This document shows positions 41,917 to 51,204 of a DNA stretch of 64,000 nt, one piece after another. The notes under the pieces were generated by a model that searched no databases, was not told the DNA's origin, and was given only the letters and a program-made list of their open reading frames with translations. Made by a program: the position numbers and the translations under genes. The stretch is from Candidatus Latescibacterota bacterium (lineage in GTDB: Bacteria > Latescibacterota > UBA2968 > UBA8231): contig CBDCXV010000002.1 of NCBI GenBank assembly GCA_965223905.1, positions 128,001 through 192,000 of the forward strand. Reading direction: 5' to 3'. Position 1 is the stretch's first letter, and the number at the start of each line of letters is the position of its first letter.

Positions 41917-42141
41917 TCAACCAAACCAGCCGTAGCTGACAGCGGTGATAAAGCCACAGTGCAATGCTGCCGAAATCGCCAGTGCCCCGCCGAGCGGCCC
42001 AGTAAACAGGGAAGAAGCTAATGCGGCAGCGGTTGCTAAACCGCAAACAAAGAACTTCAAACCTGTCAACTCATCGTGATAGGCATCGACTTTGCCCGAT
42101 GCATCGTAGTCCCTATATGAAGGTTTCTTCAAAGGTTTCAT
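41917..42141 (-). CDS. Candidate bacteriocin/RiPP-like precursor (74 aa)
   Basis: Charged 24-aa leader, then a Gly/Ala-rich hydrophobic core with Cys33 and Cys62 around a central GP; in an operon with exporters and a thioredoxin. Confidence 0.68.
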   Translation of the reverse strand: MKPLKKPSYRDYDASGKVDAYHDELTGLKFFVCGLATAAALASSLFTGPLGGALAISAALHCGFITAVSYGWFG

Positions 42142-42287
42142 AGGTCTAGCCCTTTCAAGGTTATGAATTTGGTAAAGGAGTGGCCTCCCTCAACAAGGGC
42201 CTGAAATTCGGGTTCGTTCCGCGAATTTTCATCTTGTCCTCGATCACCCTGCGCCCCCAATCTGACGCCCCTCTCAACTAGTTTCAT
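42138..42287 (-). CDS. Possible 49-aa peptide ORF (MKLVERGVRLGAQGDRGQDENSRNEPEFQALVEGGHSFTKFITLKGLDL)
   Basis: Starts 10 nt after the TPR stop; its TGA overlaps the precursor ATG (ATGA); no clear RBS. Confidence 0.35.
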   Translation of the reverse strand: MKLVERGVRLGAQGDRGQDENSRNEPEFQALVEGGHSFTKFITLKGLDL

Positions 42288-42297
42288 CTTAATTCAT

Positions 42298-43755
42298 TCA
42301 GCTCATCAGGACCACCCTTCGTGCTTTAAATTTATCAGCCAACTCAACCAAGCCTTTTTGTTCAAAAATCATTCCTATTCTCGTCGACATTTCACTTTCC
42401 AGCACGTGGCAACCGACATTGTTTGCCATTTCCACGGCCCTTTCAAAATAGGACAATCCCTGGAACACCTCGTTTTGCCCGACCAGGATGATACCAATCC
42501 TCTCGTACGCCCTTATCTCCTCGAAAATATTCCGGGTTTTTCGAGCCGCTTCAACGATATTTTTCGTGATATCCATGGCGCGCTCCCCATCCCCTTCCAT
42601 CGAATAAACTTCGGCCAGGGAATTTCCACTCCGAAATTTACCATTGGCATACCCGATCGCAGTCGCCACCGCACGGGCCTTCTCCAACGAAATTTTCCCT
42701 GCCTGGTAATCCCCCATGGCAACTTGTTGCATGCTTAAACGGACGAGAATATCCACTTCTCCTTTCTTGTATCCCAGTTCCCTAATTAAGGCCAATCCCT
42801 TTTCAATCCACAACAGGCCAGATGTTGGATCGTCTGCACCTGATATCTCACCTGATAAAACTAAAATTTTCGCCTTGTGATGGTCATCCCCCAACTTGGT
42901 ATCCGTTTCCAAAACCTTGGCCAACAGCTCCGCTGTCTCGTTCAACCGATTATTCATTAAATGTAATGTTGCATAATTCGTCAGAATGCGGACATGATCC
43001 TGGGACATCTGCCGATTTGCGACCAATCCCATGTTTTCACGGAATATCTTTTCCGCCTCCTGAATTTGTCCCCGGGACAGATAAACTATACCCATGGTAC
43101 AACGCACGCCTACGAGCCCCCTTCCTGCCTGGATCGTATCGAACACCGTAAGGGCCTTCTCGCAGCAGGACATCGCCTTTTCGTATTCTCCGATCCTGAG
43201 TTGGAGAAGTCCTTTTTGATGGATGGCCATTGCAAGCAAAGACCCAACACCATTTTCTTTCGCCGTTTTGATAGCCCGGTCAAATACCTCTTCCGAGTTG
43301 TCTGTCTCGCCCAGATCTGAGTAAACCTGGCCCAGGTTGATCCCAGACGCAATTTCGAACGGAATCTCCTTTTGCTTTTCCGACAGGGCCCTGGCTGTTT
43401 CGAATCCATTGGCGGCTTCTCTCAGATCCGAAACCATCATTAACGCCGCTGCATGCGCTGAAACGGCGCACATACTCTCCATGCTTTTTTGAGAAGCAAT
43501 ATAGTGCCCGGCCGCATCGAGAAATTTCCGTTCCTTGAACGCCTTTTCCCCTTGGTTATAATGATGAATTGCCCGACTCCCTCCCAGCCCGGCCTGGTCT
43601 CCCATTTCCCCTACCAGGATACTTGCTGACGGCTTGAGTAGCCTCTGTCCATCATCAGGCAGATATACCAAATCGAAACCGGCAAATGATCCCGACCAAA
43701 TAGGCCCGGGTTTTTTACCGGTTAGTCTTCTCCTTTCAGACCTGTGATTTTTCAT
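42298..43755 (-). CDS. Tetratricopeptide-repeat protein
   Basis: Serial repeats such as INLGQVYSDLGE..., HQKGLLQLRIGEYEKA, TMGIVYLSRG; start codon uncertain. Confidence 0.82.
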   Translation of the reverse strand: MKNHRSERRRLTGKKPGPIWSGSFAGFDLVYLPDDGQRLLKPSASILVGEMGDQAGLGGSRAIHHYNQGEKAFKERKFLDAAGHYIASQKSMESMCAVSAHAAALMMVSDLREAANGFETARALSEKQKEIPFEIASGINLGQVYSDLGETDNSEEVFDRAIKTAKENGVGSLLAMAIHQKGLLQLRIGEYEKAMSCCEKALTVFDTIQAGRGLVGVRCTMGIVYLSRGQIQEAEKIFRENMGLVANRQMSQDHVRILTNYATLHLMNNRLNETAELLAKVLETDTKLGDDHHKAKILVLSGEISGADDPTSGLLWIEKGLALIRELGYKKGEVDILVRLSMQQVAMGDYQAGKISLEKARAVATAIGYANGKFRSGNSLAEVYSMEGDGERAMDITKNIVEAARKTRNIFEEIRAYERIGIILVGQNEVFQGLSYFERAVEMANNVGCHVLESEMSTRIGMIFEQKGLVELADKFKARRVVLMS

Positions 43756-44250
43756 TTCTGTCAAGTCAGGGTACCAACCAACCGATCCGTATTTTGACCA
43801 CCCCATCCACTCCGGCCCCACTCCTGTAGTGTGACTCCGCACTCCCCGGGGTTTCTTCCCATTGGGTGTACGCTGGATTTATTCTTGATCAGACGCAAAA
43901 TCTGGGCCAGCAACCTCGATGGCCCAACGGACGCCTCTAGCCAGGGTGACGCTGTGCCCCTTCTCACACAAATCCCTGTAACGACCCTCGGTCCACTCCC
44001 TCTGGCAAAATGGTCCGCATTCGCTTCGCCACTGGCCCGACGCGTTACTATTCCTACGGCCGTGCCTGATCCATACCAAGTTTGCAGGAAAAAAATTACC
44101 GCCTTGGTGCATGGGCCTGCCCCCCGGGGATGCTCCCTGGGTGGTCCAGCACACGGTTCTGTGTCCTGGAGCACACACTCCGGTGCCATCGGCGGCAAGG
44201 GGAGCCTACGGATCCCATTCCACTCCCTCTCGAACTGCGGCGGGGCCGCG

Positions 44251-44740
44251 GGTATTTTCATCGTCGACGACGTCTTCGGCCCCGATCTGCTGGAACGCCT
44301 GGAGACCGCCTCCTGGAACGTCTGGAAGAAGGTGCGGTCCGGAGAGGTGGACGAACTTCCGCTGGCAGCCGGCCCTGATCGACGACCCCTGCCTCTGGCT
44401 GATTCCCTGGAGCCAGAGCCGCTACCGCACCGACGAGGAGCAGGACGCCCTCGTCTCCGACAGGAACAGGGACCTCCCCGACATGGAGAACGTTGTCCTC
44501 AAGCGGGGGCAGACCCTGTTCTGGGACGGTAACCCCATCCACCGCGGCAAGCTGCCCCCGGGGGTGAACCAGCGGCTCGTGCTGACAGGCGGGCTGTGCA
44601 GGTACGACCCGGACGAGCCCGAGCTGGAGCCGGACAAGCGCTTCCAGTGGCGGGTCGCTGAGAACATCGGACCGGCCCTGCCGGATCGGGTGCGCCTTCG
44701 GCGGCGGCCAGGGTTCGCACCCTGGGGCCACGGTGAATAG
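44251..44740 (+). pseudogene. PhyH-family dioxygenase remnant
   Basis: GIFIVDDVF... followed, after a frame change, by CLWLIPWS, LKRGQTLFWDGNPIHRG; the central HxD region is missing. Confidence 0.65.
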
Positions 44741-45118
44741 GTCAGACTGTCCCGCGCACTCTGTGCGGCAACGGTGTCCAGGCCCGGCCTTCCCGGCTTC
44801 CGGGAAGCCGAAGCAAGTCCCTCCCCAGGGACCTAAAGGACACCACAATTTTTGAAAAACATCCTCGGGACCGACCGATCCCATGGACGGGCGCACCCCG
44901 GCTTGGCGGGCAGCGCATCCCGAAGGCCAGGGCTATGTACTGACTGTTCCGATCGGTGTTGTGAATGGGTATGGACGGAGCCTTTCCGCCCCGAACCGGC
45001 TCTGCCCAACACGTAGAACCAAAATGGCCGGGTTAGACAGCAGTCTGGCTGTGAAAGTCTTCGGTTTTGTTGTAAGTTGAACACGTTTCCATCAGGGCCA
45101 ACTCACGAGGGAATCACC

Positions 45119-48100
45119 ATGGATAAACATCGAAGGATCATTTCTCAGCTTGGGCAGCTTACGCAAAAAATCGCCCATCCTACGCGGCTGGTGATCGGCG
45201 GTCTCGTGGCACTGGTATCCGGCGCCGGTGCGGAACCGCTGCTCGAAGGGCGGGTGCGGCTGTTCGCCGACCTGGGCAGCTCGCTGGGCGCCGCCACCGA
45301 TGAGAGCGGCTATTTCGCGCTGCCCCTGAACGCGCTGCGCCAGGCCGCCCCCCGGCCGGCGCACATGCAGCTGGGGCAGAACTACCCCAACCCGTTCAAT
45401 CCCTCGACGATCATCCCGTATCAGCTGCCCGCCCCGACTCGGGTGCGGCTGGAGGTGTTCAACATTCTGGGGCAGCGGGTTGCCACCCTGGTCGACGGGA
45501 AACAGGCGGCCGGTTTTCACACCGCGACATGGAACGCCACAGATGCTTCAGGGCGGGGTGTGGCAACGGGGGTGTACCTGTACCGGCTGCTGGCCGACAG
45601 GGAGCGCTTGACGCGGTCGATGGTTCTGCTGGACGGACCGGTGAGCCCGGCGGGAATAGCTCCCTCCGGTGGCGGGATCTCAGCCGGTCCGCAGGGCACC
45701 GACGGTGCAGCGGATCCATCAGGTAGGACTGCGGGAGCGATAGCATCAGGGTCGTGGGTCCCCCCCGGCGGCCAAGGGCAGGTCTACGGGTTGACGGTCA
45801 CTGGCCCGGGACTCATCCCCTATGTCGACCCGGCCTTCCGGGTGGGGGACGGTCCGGTCGAAATCCGGGTGGAAACGCTGGCCAGCTTGCCTCGCGGAAA
45901 GATGGCCGCAGACGGCCTGCTGGGAGACGTCGACGGCAACGGCCAAGTCGACCTCTCCGACGCCCTGCTGGTCGCCTCGTACAGCGAGGACCCCTCCCTT
46001 TCCATTCCCAACGGGGATATCACCCTGGGGGACGTCAACCGGGACGGTCAGGTCGATCTGGCCGACGCCCGCCTCATCGTGGCGTACCATGCGGACCCGT
46101 CCGACCTGTCGCTACCGGAAGGGATCGGCGCCCCGGTGGGGGCAGATGACGAAGGACCGCGGCTCTACTGGACGGACGCGGGCAGCGACAAGATCCAGCG
46201 GTCCCGCCTCGATGGCTCCGGGGTCGAGGACGTCGTCGACAGCGGCCTGGTCTATCCGCGCGGCCTGGCGGTGGACCTGGCGGCCTCCAAGCTGTACTGG
46301 ACCGACTACGGCACCGACAAGATCCAGCGCTCCAACCTCGACGGAACCGAGGTGGAAGACCTGGTGACCGAGGGCCTGAAGGAGCCGTTCGGTATCGCCC
46401 TCGATCTGGGCGGCGGCAAGATCTACTGGAGCGACTGGGGCACCGACAAGATCCAGCGATCCAACCTCGACGGCTCCGAAATCGAAGACCTCGTCGCCAC
46501 CGGTCTGAACGAGCCCTACGGCCTCGCCCTCGACCTGGGGGAGGGCAAGATCTACTGGACCGACTGGGGCAGCGACCGGATTCAGCGCGCCAATCTCGAC
46601 GGCTCACAAGTCGAGGACCTGGTCACCGGGCTCAACCAGCCCCGGGGGATCGCCCTCGATCTGGAAGACGGCCGCATGTACTGGCCCGACTGGGGCACGG
46701 ACAAGATCCAGCGCGCGAATCTCGACGGCTCCGAGGTGGAAGACTTGGTTACCGAGGGCCTGCGGACCTCCCAGGCGATCGCCCTCGATCTGGGCAGCGG
46801 CAAGATGTACTGGACCGACTACGGCACCGACAAGATCCAGCGGGCCAACCTCGACGGCAGCCAGGTCGAGGATCTGATCACCTCCGGTCTGAAGGAGCCG
46901 TACGGCTTGACCCTGGGCGCCGGCCTGCCGGCGCAGATCCTGAAAGTAAAGGGCGCCTCGGCGACCCTGAACCTGGCCGGCCGCTTCCGCGACCCGGAGG
47001 GGGGCGCCCTGACCCTCGCCGCCGCCTCCAGCGACGAGGCGGTCGCCGCCGCGAGTCTGGCCGACTCGGTGCTGACCATCGCGCCGGTGACCCCCGGCCG
47101 GGTGACGGTCGCGGTGACCGCCCGCGACGAGGGGGGCCGGGCTGCCACCCTGCCGGTGGCCGTGACCGTGTACCCGGCCAACCGCCCCCCGGTGGCCAAA
47201 GCCCTGGCCGACCGCAAGATCCGCATCGGCAGCCCGGACCGGGTCGAGCTGACCAGCGCCTTCACCGACCCGGACGAAACAGACGTGCTGACCTACACGG
47301 CCGCGTCGAGCAACGAGGCGGTGGCCACCGCAGCCATCGAGGGGACCGGCCTGCGCATCACCCCCAAGAGCATCGGGCAGACCGGGATCTCAGTGACCGC
47401 CCGCGACCCGAAGGAACTGGAGGCGTCACTGAGCTTCAGGGTCACCGTCGAGCCCAAGCCGCCCCCCAGGCCGCCCCGGACCCCGCCCGGCTCGGGCAGT
47501 GACGATGGTGATGGTAATGGTGATGACGGTGGTGGTCCGGTAACCCCCCCGCCCCCGACGCCTCCACCTCCACCGCCGACGCCTCCGCCTACCCCACCTC
47601 CGCCGGGTCAGAACAACGCCCCCACCTTCGACGAGAGGCCGAGCGCCACCCGCAGCGTCGCCGAAAACACCGAGGCGGGTGAAGACATCGGCAACCCGGT
47701 GACCGCGACGGATAGCGATGACGACAGGCTGACCTACAGCCTGGAGGGGACGGATGCGGGGAGTTTCACCCTCGCCTCCACCAGCGGCCAGTTGCGCACC
47801 CGCTCGGGCGCCACCTACGACTACGAGACAAAGCCCCGCTATTCTGTGTCGGTGAAAGCCGAGGACGGACATGGCGGCATTGCCGCCATTGACGTGACCA
47901 TCCACGTGGCCGACGTGAACGAACCGCCCGGGAGGCCGTCTGCCCCGTGGGTTGAGCCGGCCTCCTCCACCAGCCTGACCGTGAGCTGGACCGAGCCGGC
48001 CAACACCGGCCCCGATGTCCACGACTACGACGTGCAGTACCGCAAGAGCGGCAGCTTCCTCCCCTGGCCGCACGACGGCCCCGGTACCACTACCACGATC

Positions 48101-50344
48101 CCGGACCTGGAGGTCAACACCCGTTACGAGGTGCAGGTGCGGGCGCACAACGACGAAGGGGAGAGCGAATGGTCCGCCTCGGGCTTCGGGGGGAGCTGTT
48201 CAGAAGGCGGCGATGCCCCGACGCCGGTGGAAGTGGAAGTGACGGCGGTGCCCATCGTGGTCGAGTCCAAGACCGACAAGTACTTCGTGCTCTACGTGCG
48301 GCACGACGTGGATGGCGCGACGGTAGAGGTGCCGGTTCTGGTCAAGCGCGGCGAAGCCGGCACGACCACGCTGGCCGAGAACGTGGTGGCCCTGCCCGCA
48401 GAGCGCTACCGGGTAGAGGAGTACCTCATCGCCGACCCGGCCGACGTCGACGGCGACTGCACCGACGACCTCACCGAACTGGCAGACCCGGTGGGCATGA
48501 ACCCGGTGAACCCCGCCGCGGCCATCGAATTCAGTGACGGGGCCGTGACCGTTCCCGATCGGGAAACATTCGAGACGCTCTCCTTTAACGATTTCTTCCT
48601 CAAGTTCGTTCTGCTCGGCATGCACACCGACAGCCCGCGTCTCTACTTCATGAACACCAAAACCACTTTGAATCATAAAGAGTTCCTGGAGGTCATCGGC
48701 ATCGAGCTGGGACAGGAGGGGATGATCGAAGGCAGTCTCATGCGTCGCTGGGATCTCGTTGCCCCCGATGGCAGTCCGGGAGTCTACTGCTATTGGTGGC
48801 GACATCGCCAGCATCCGTACTCCTTCAGCGTCGTGGCGCGCGCCCATACGCTGCTTGCCGCCAGCATGCCGCTGCTCGAAGACGACCTGGCGTTCTACAT
48901 ATCGAACGACGCTCTTCTGCATTCTCAACCCGACTTGCCGTTGTACAGGGAGTCCCGAATCCCACTCGTGTTCGCCGAGGAGTTCTTCGGCGAAACCAAT
49001 TTTCTGGCGTTGAACCCGGGGGAGGGGTACGGCCTGCTGCGGGTCATGGACCCGGACGAACGTCCCCACCCGCGCGACATCGTGATCTACGAGGCGCTGC
49101 CCAACGAGCTGCCCCGCGTGGCCGGCATCATCTCCACCGTGCCCCAGACGGCGCTCTCGCATGTCAACCTGCGCGCCGTGCAGGATGGCATTCCCAACGC
49201 CTTCATCCGCAACGCCCTCGACAAGCCCTACATCGACGATCTCCTCGGCAGCTACGTCCGTTACAGAGTGACCGAGGACGGCTGGGACCTGCGCGCCGCC
49301 ACCCGCGCGGAGGTCGATGCCCACTACGAGTCTTCGCGGCCCGCCCATGACCAGGTCCCGCAACGCGACCTCGGCGTCACGACGATCGCCGCCCTCGGTG
49401 ACATCGGCTTCGATGACTGGGACGCGTTCGGCGTCAAGGCGGCCAACGTGGCGGTGCTGGGGACGCTGGGGTTTCCGGAGGGGACGGTGCCCGACGGCTT
49501 CGCGATCCCGTTCTACTTCTACGACGAGTTCATGAAGCACAACGGGTTCTACACCCGCATTGAAACCATGCTGGCCGACGAAGCTTTCCAGACGGACTTC
49601 GAAGCCCAGGCGGACTCACTCAAGAAGCCGCGCAAGGACATCGAAGACGCGGAGACGCCGGATTGGATCGTCTCGGCAATCGAGGCAATGAATGAGTCTT
49701 TCTCCGAGGGGATCAACCGCCGCTACCGGTCCAGCACCAACAACGAGGACCTGCCCGGGTTCAACGGCGCGGGGCTGTACGACTCCAAGAGCCAGAAGCC
49801 GAGCGAGGACGAGAAGGATCTCGCCAAGTCCCTCAAGGAGGTGTACGCCGGTCTGTGGAACTTCCGCGCCTTCGTCGAACGCGACTTCCATCGCATCGAT
49901 CACCTGGCGGCGGCGATGGGCATCCTGGTGCATCCCAGCTACAGGGACGAGCTGGCCAACGGCGTGGCCGTCAGCTTCGACCCCATCTACGGCAGAGCCC
50001 GACGCTACTACGTCAACACGCAGGTCGGCGAGGATCTGGTCACCAATCCCGAGGCGCACTCGGTGCCGGAGGAAGTCCTGTTGAACCCGCCTTCTGTTTC
50101 TCTCCCTTACACCGTCCTTGGGACCTCCAACCAGGTGCCGCCGGGGCAACTCCTCATGAGCCGTGACCAAATGCGCCAGTTGAGAGAACATCTCGAGGTG
50201 ATCCATAAGGAGTTCGCCGATCTGTACGACCCCGCAGACGATGAACCGTTCGCCATGGAGATCGAGTTCAAGATCACCAGCGACAACATCCTGGCGATCA
50301 AGCAGGCCCGCCCCTGGGTCTTCGGCGCCCAGGTCGATGAGTGA
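45119..50344 (+). CDS. Giant modular secreted protein (FlgD-Ig/PNPFN, dockerin-like, one YWTD propeller, Ig/cadherin, FN3) ending in a phosphohistidine + ATP-grasp dikinase module; paralog B
   Basis: Signal-like VIGGLVALVSGAGA, NYPNPFNP, GDV[DN].DG.VD x2, 6 YWTD repeats, then LSHVNLRA, FGVKAAN, YRSSTNNEDL, GAGLYDS, EIEFK, IKQARP. Confidence 0.92.
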   Translation: MDKHRRIISQLGQLTQKIAHPTRLVIGGLVALVSGAGAEPLLEGRVRLFADLGSSLGAATDESGYFALPLNALRQAAPRPAHMQLGQNYPNPFNPSTIIPYQLPAPTRVRLEVFNILGQRVATLVDGKQAAGFHTATWNATDASGRGVATGVYLYRLLADRERLTRSMVLLDGPVSPAGIAPSGGGISAGPQGTDGAADPSGRTAGAIASGSWVPPGGQGQVYGLTVTGPGLIPYVDPAFRVGDGPVEIRVETLASLPRGKMAADGLLGDVDGNGQVDLSDALLVASYSEDPSLSIPNGDITLGDVNRDGQVDLADARLIVAYHADPSDLSLPEGIGAPVGADDEGPRLYWTDAGSDKIQRSRLDGSGVEDVVDSGLVYPRGLAVDLAASKLYWTDYGTDKIQRSNLDGTEVEDLVTEGLKEPFGIALDLGGGKIYWSDWGTDKIQRSNLDGSEIEDLVATGLNEPYGLALDLGEGKIYWTDWGSDRIQRANLDGSQVEDLVTGLNQPRGIALDLEDGRMYWPDWGTDKIQRANLDGSEVEDLVTEGLRTSQAIALDLGSGKMYWTDYGTDKIQRANLDGSQVEDLITSGLKEPYGLTLGAGLPAQILKVKGASATLNLAGRFRDPEGGALTLAAASSDEAVAAASLADSVLTIAPVTPGRVTVAVTARDEGGRAATLPVAVTVYPANRPPVAKALADRKIRIGSPDRVELTSAFTDPDETDVLTYTAASSNEAVATAAIEGTGLRITPKSIGQTGISVTARDPKELEASLSFRVTVEPKPPPRPPRTPPGSGSDDGDGNGDDGGGPVTPPPPTPPPPPPTPPPTPPPPGQNNAPTFDERPSATRSVAENTEAGEDIGNPVTATDSDDDRLTYSLEGTDAGSFTLASTSGQLRTRSGATYDYETKPRYSVSVKAEDGHGGIAAIDVTIHVADVNEPPGRPSAPWVEPASSTSLTVSWTEPANTGPDVHDYDVQYRKSGSFLPWPHDGPGTTTTIPDLEVNTRYEVQVRAHNDEGESEWSASGFGGSCSEGGDAPTPVEVEVTAVPIVVESKTDKYFVLYVRHDVDGATVEVPVLVKRGEAGTTTLAENVVALPAERYRVEEYLIADPADVDGDCTDDLTELADPVGMNPVNPAAAIEFSDGAVTVPDRETFETLSFNDFFLKFVLLGMHTDSPRLYFMNTKTTLNHKEFLEVIGIELGQEGMIEGSLMRRWDLVAPDGSPGVYCYWWRHRQHPYSFSVVARAHTLLAASMPLLEDDLAFYISNDALLHSQPDLPLYRESRIPLVFAEEFFGETNFLALNPGEGYGLLRVMDPDERPHPRDIVIYEALPNELPRVAGIISTVPQTALSHVNLRAVQDGIPNAFIRNALDKPYIDDLLGSYVRYRVTEDGWDLRAATRAEVDAHYESSRPAHDQVPQRDLGVTTIAALGDIGFDDWDAFGVKAANVAVLGTLGFPEGTVPDGFAIPFYFYDEFMKHNGFYTRIETMLADEAFQTDFEAQADSLKKPRKDIEDAETPDWIVSAIEAMNESFSEGINRRYRSSTNNEDLPGFNGAGLYDSKSQKPSEDEKDLAKSLKEVYAGLWNFRAFVERDFHRIDHLAAAMGILVHPSYRDELANGVAVSFDPIYGRARRYYVNTQVGEDLVTNPEAHSVPEEVLLNPPSVSLPYTVLGTSNQVPPGQLLMSRDQMRQLREHLEVIHKEFADLYDPADDEPFAMEIEFKITSDNILAIKQARPWVFGAQVDE

Positions 50345-50790
50345 TTCCGGCGGTGAGAGAGAGCGGCGCTGCGAAGGGCACGGCGGGCGGGAGCCGGAAG
50401 CAGGAGTGCCCGGGCCGCGTCGTTCACCGATCCCACGGCTTTCGCGTTGACCCCCGCCCACGATAAGTCCCCCGTCCTTCCCGGTGAAGGCTGACGAACG
50501 GGGTGCCGTCCGAACGCATCCCGGCGCCATCCCTGACAAGCCTGCGACCATCGTCCTTTAAGTAAAGAGCACCACCGAGAGCGAGTGAGCCGCCTGACCC
50601 TCAGCCCACTCGTGGCCATCGTCCTGGCTGTCGGTGCCCCGGAAGGTGCTGCGCTCACAGCGATTTGAGCTCTGCGAGGAACTTGGCGAGTCTGCCCGTC
50701 AACCGGCCGACGTTCGAGCAGGACGGACAACTCGTCCGGTGGCCATAAGGGGGGTTTCAGTGGAGCTGTTGCTGTGTTCGGCCATGCCCC

Positions 50791-51200
50791 TCAGAACTCT
50801 TCCCCTCCCACCGTCATCAACGCTTCGGCCACCTGCCCGAAGGGCCGTCCCCCGGCGACCAGGTCGACGGCGAACGGCTGCCGCCGGCAGGGCCGGTCCG
50901 GTTCGATCGACAGCTCGCAGCTGACCTCGCAGCGGGGACCTGCCTGCAGGCTCGCCGACTCTCCCCGCCATCCTTTAGGGCCGACGAGGTCGACCTCCAG
51001 CTCTGCCCTCTGCGGCAGGGGATTGCGCACGGTCACCCTCACCCGAGCCGGTCCGGGCTCGGCAAGGTGCACGCGGTAGGGCCAGATCCAGCCTCCCCAG
51101 CTGTCGAGATCGAAGTGGATCTCCTCCTCGCCGAGGGGCGCTGCCTGCCCGCTGATCACGTCGCATTGCCCGGACAGCAGGCGCTGAAGCAGCGCCCAGG
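50791..51200 (-). pseudogene. 3' remnant of a larger gene (C-terminal Ig-like domain), duplicate of the gene ending at 63939
   Basis: FDLDSWGGWIWPYR...VTVRNP...GQVAEALMTVGGEEF; 58/62 nt identical to 63939-64000; 5' part replaced by an IS fragment. Confidence 0.65.
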
Positions 51201-51204
51201 AGGC

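Larger units (their letters stand above)
35400..44250. mobile_element. AT-richer, probably horizontally acquired island (peptide export cluster)
   Basis: Sample line 40141-40200 has 24/60 GC versus 43/60 at 61-120. All genes are co-oriented, and the right edge abuts a 5'-truncated PhyH gene. No integrase or att site seen; boundaries approximate. Confidence 0.55.

Noticed and set aside
44019-44033. Possible sigma-54 promoter (TGGC-N-ATGC, minus strand) upstream of the TPR gene
   Set aside because: Spacing fits but the consensus match is weak and no activator is nearby.
48190-50344. Housekeeping PEP synthase/PPDK fused by misassembly
   Set aside because: No PEP-binding barrel, reversed domain order, and a clean in-frame junction at a domain boundary; misassembly still needs read-level exclusion.
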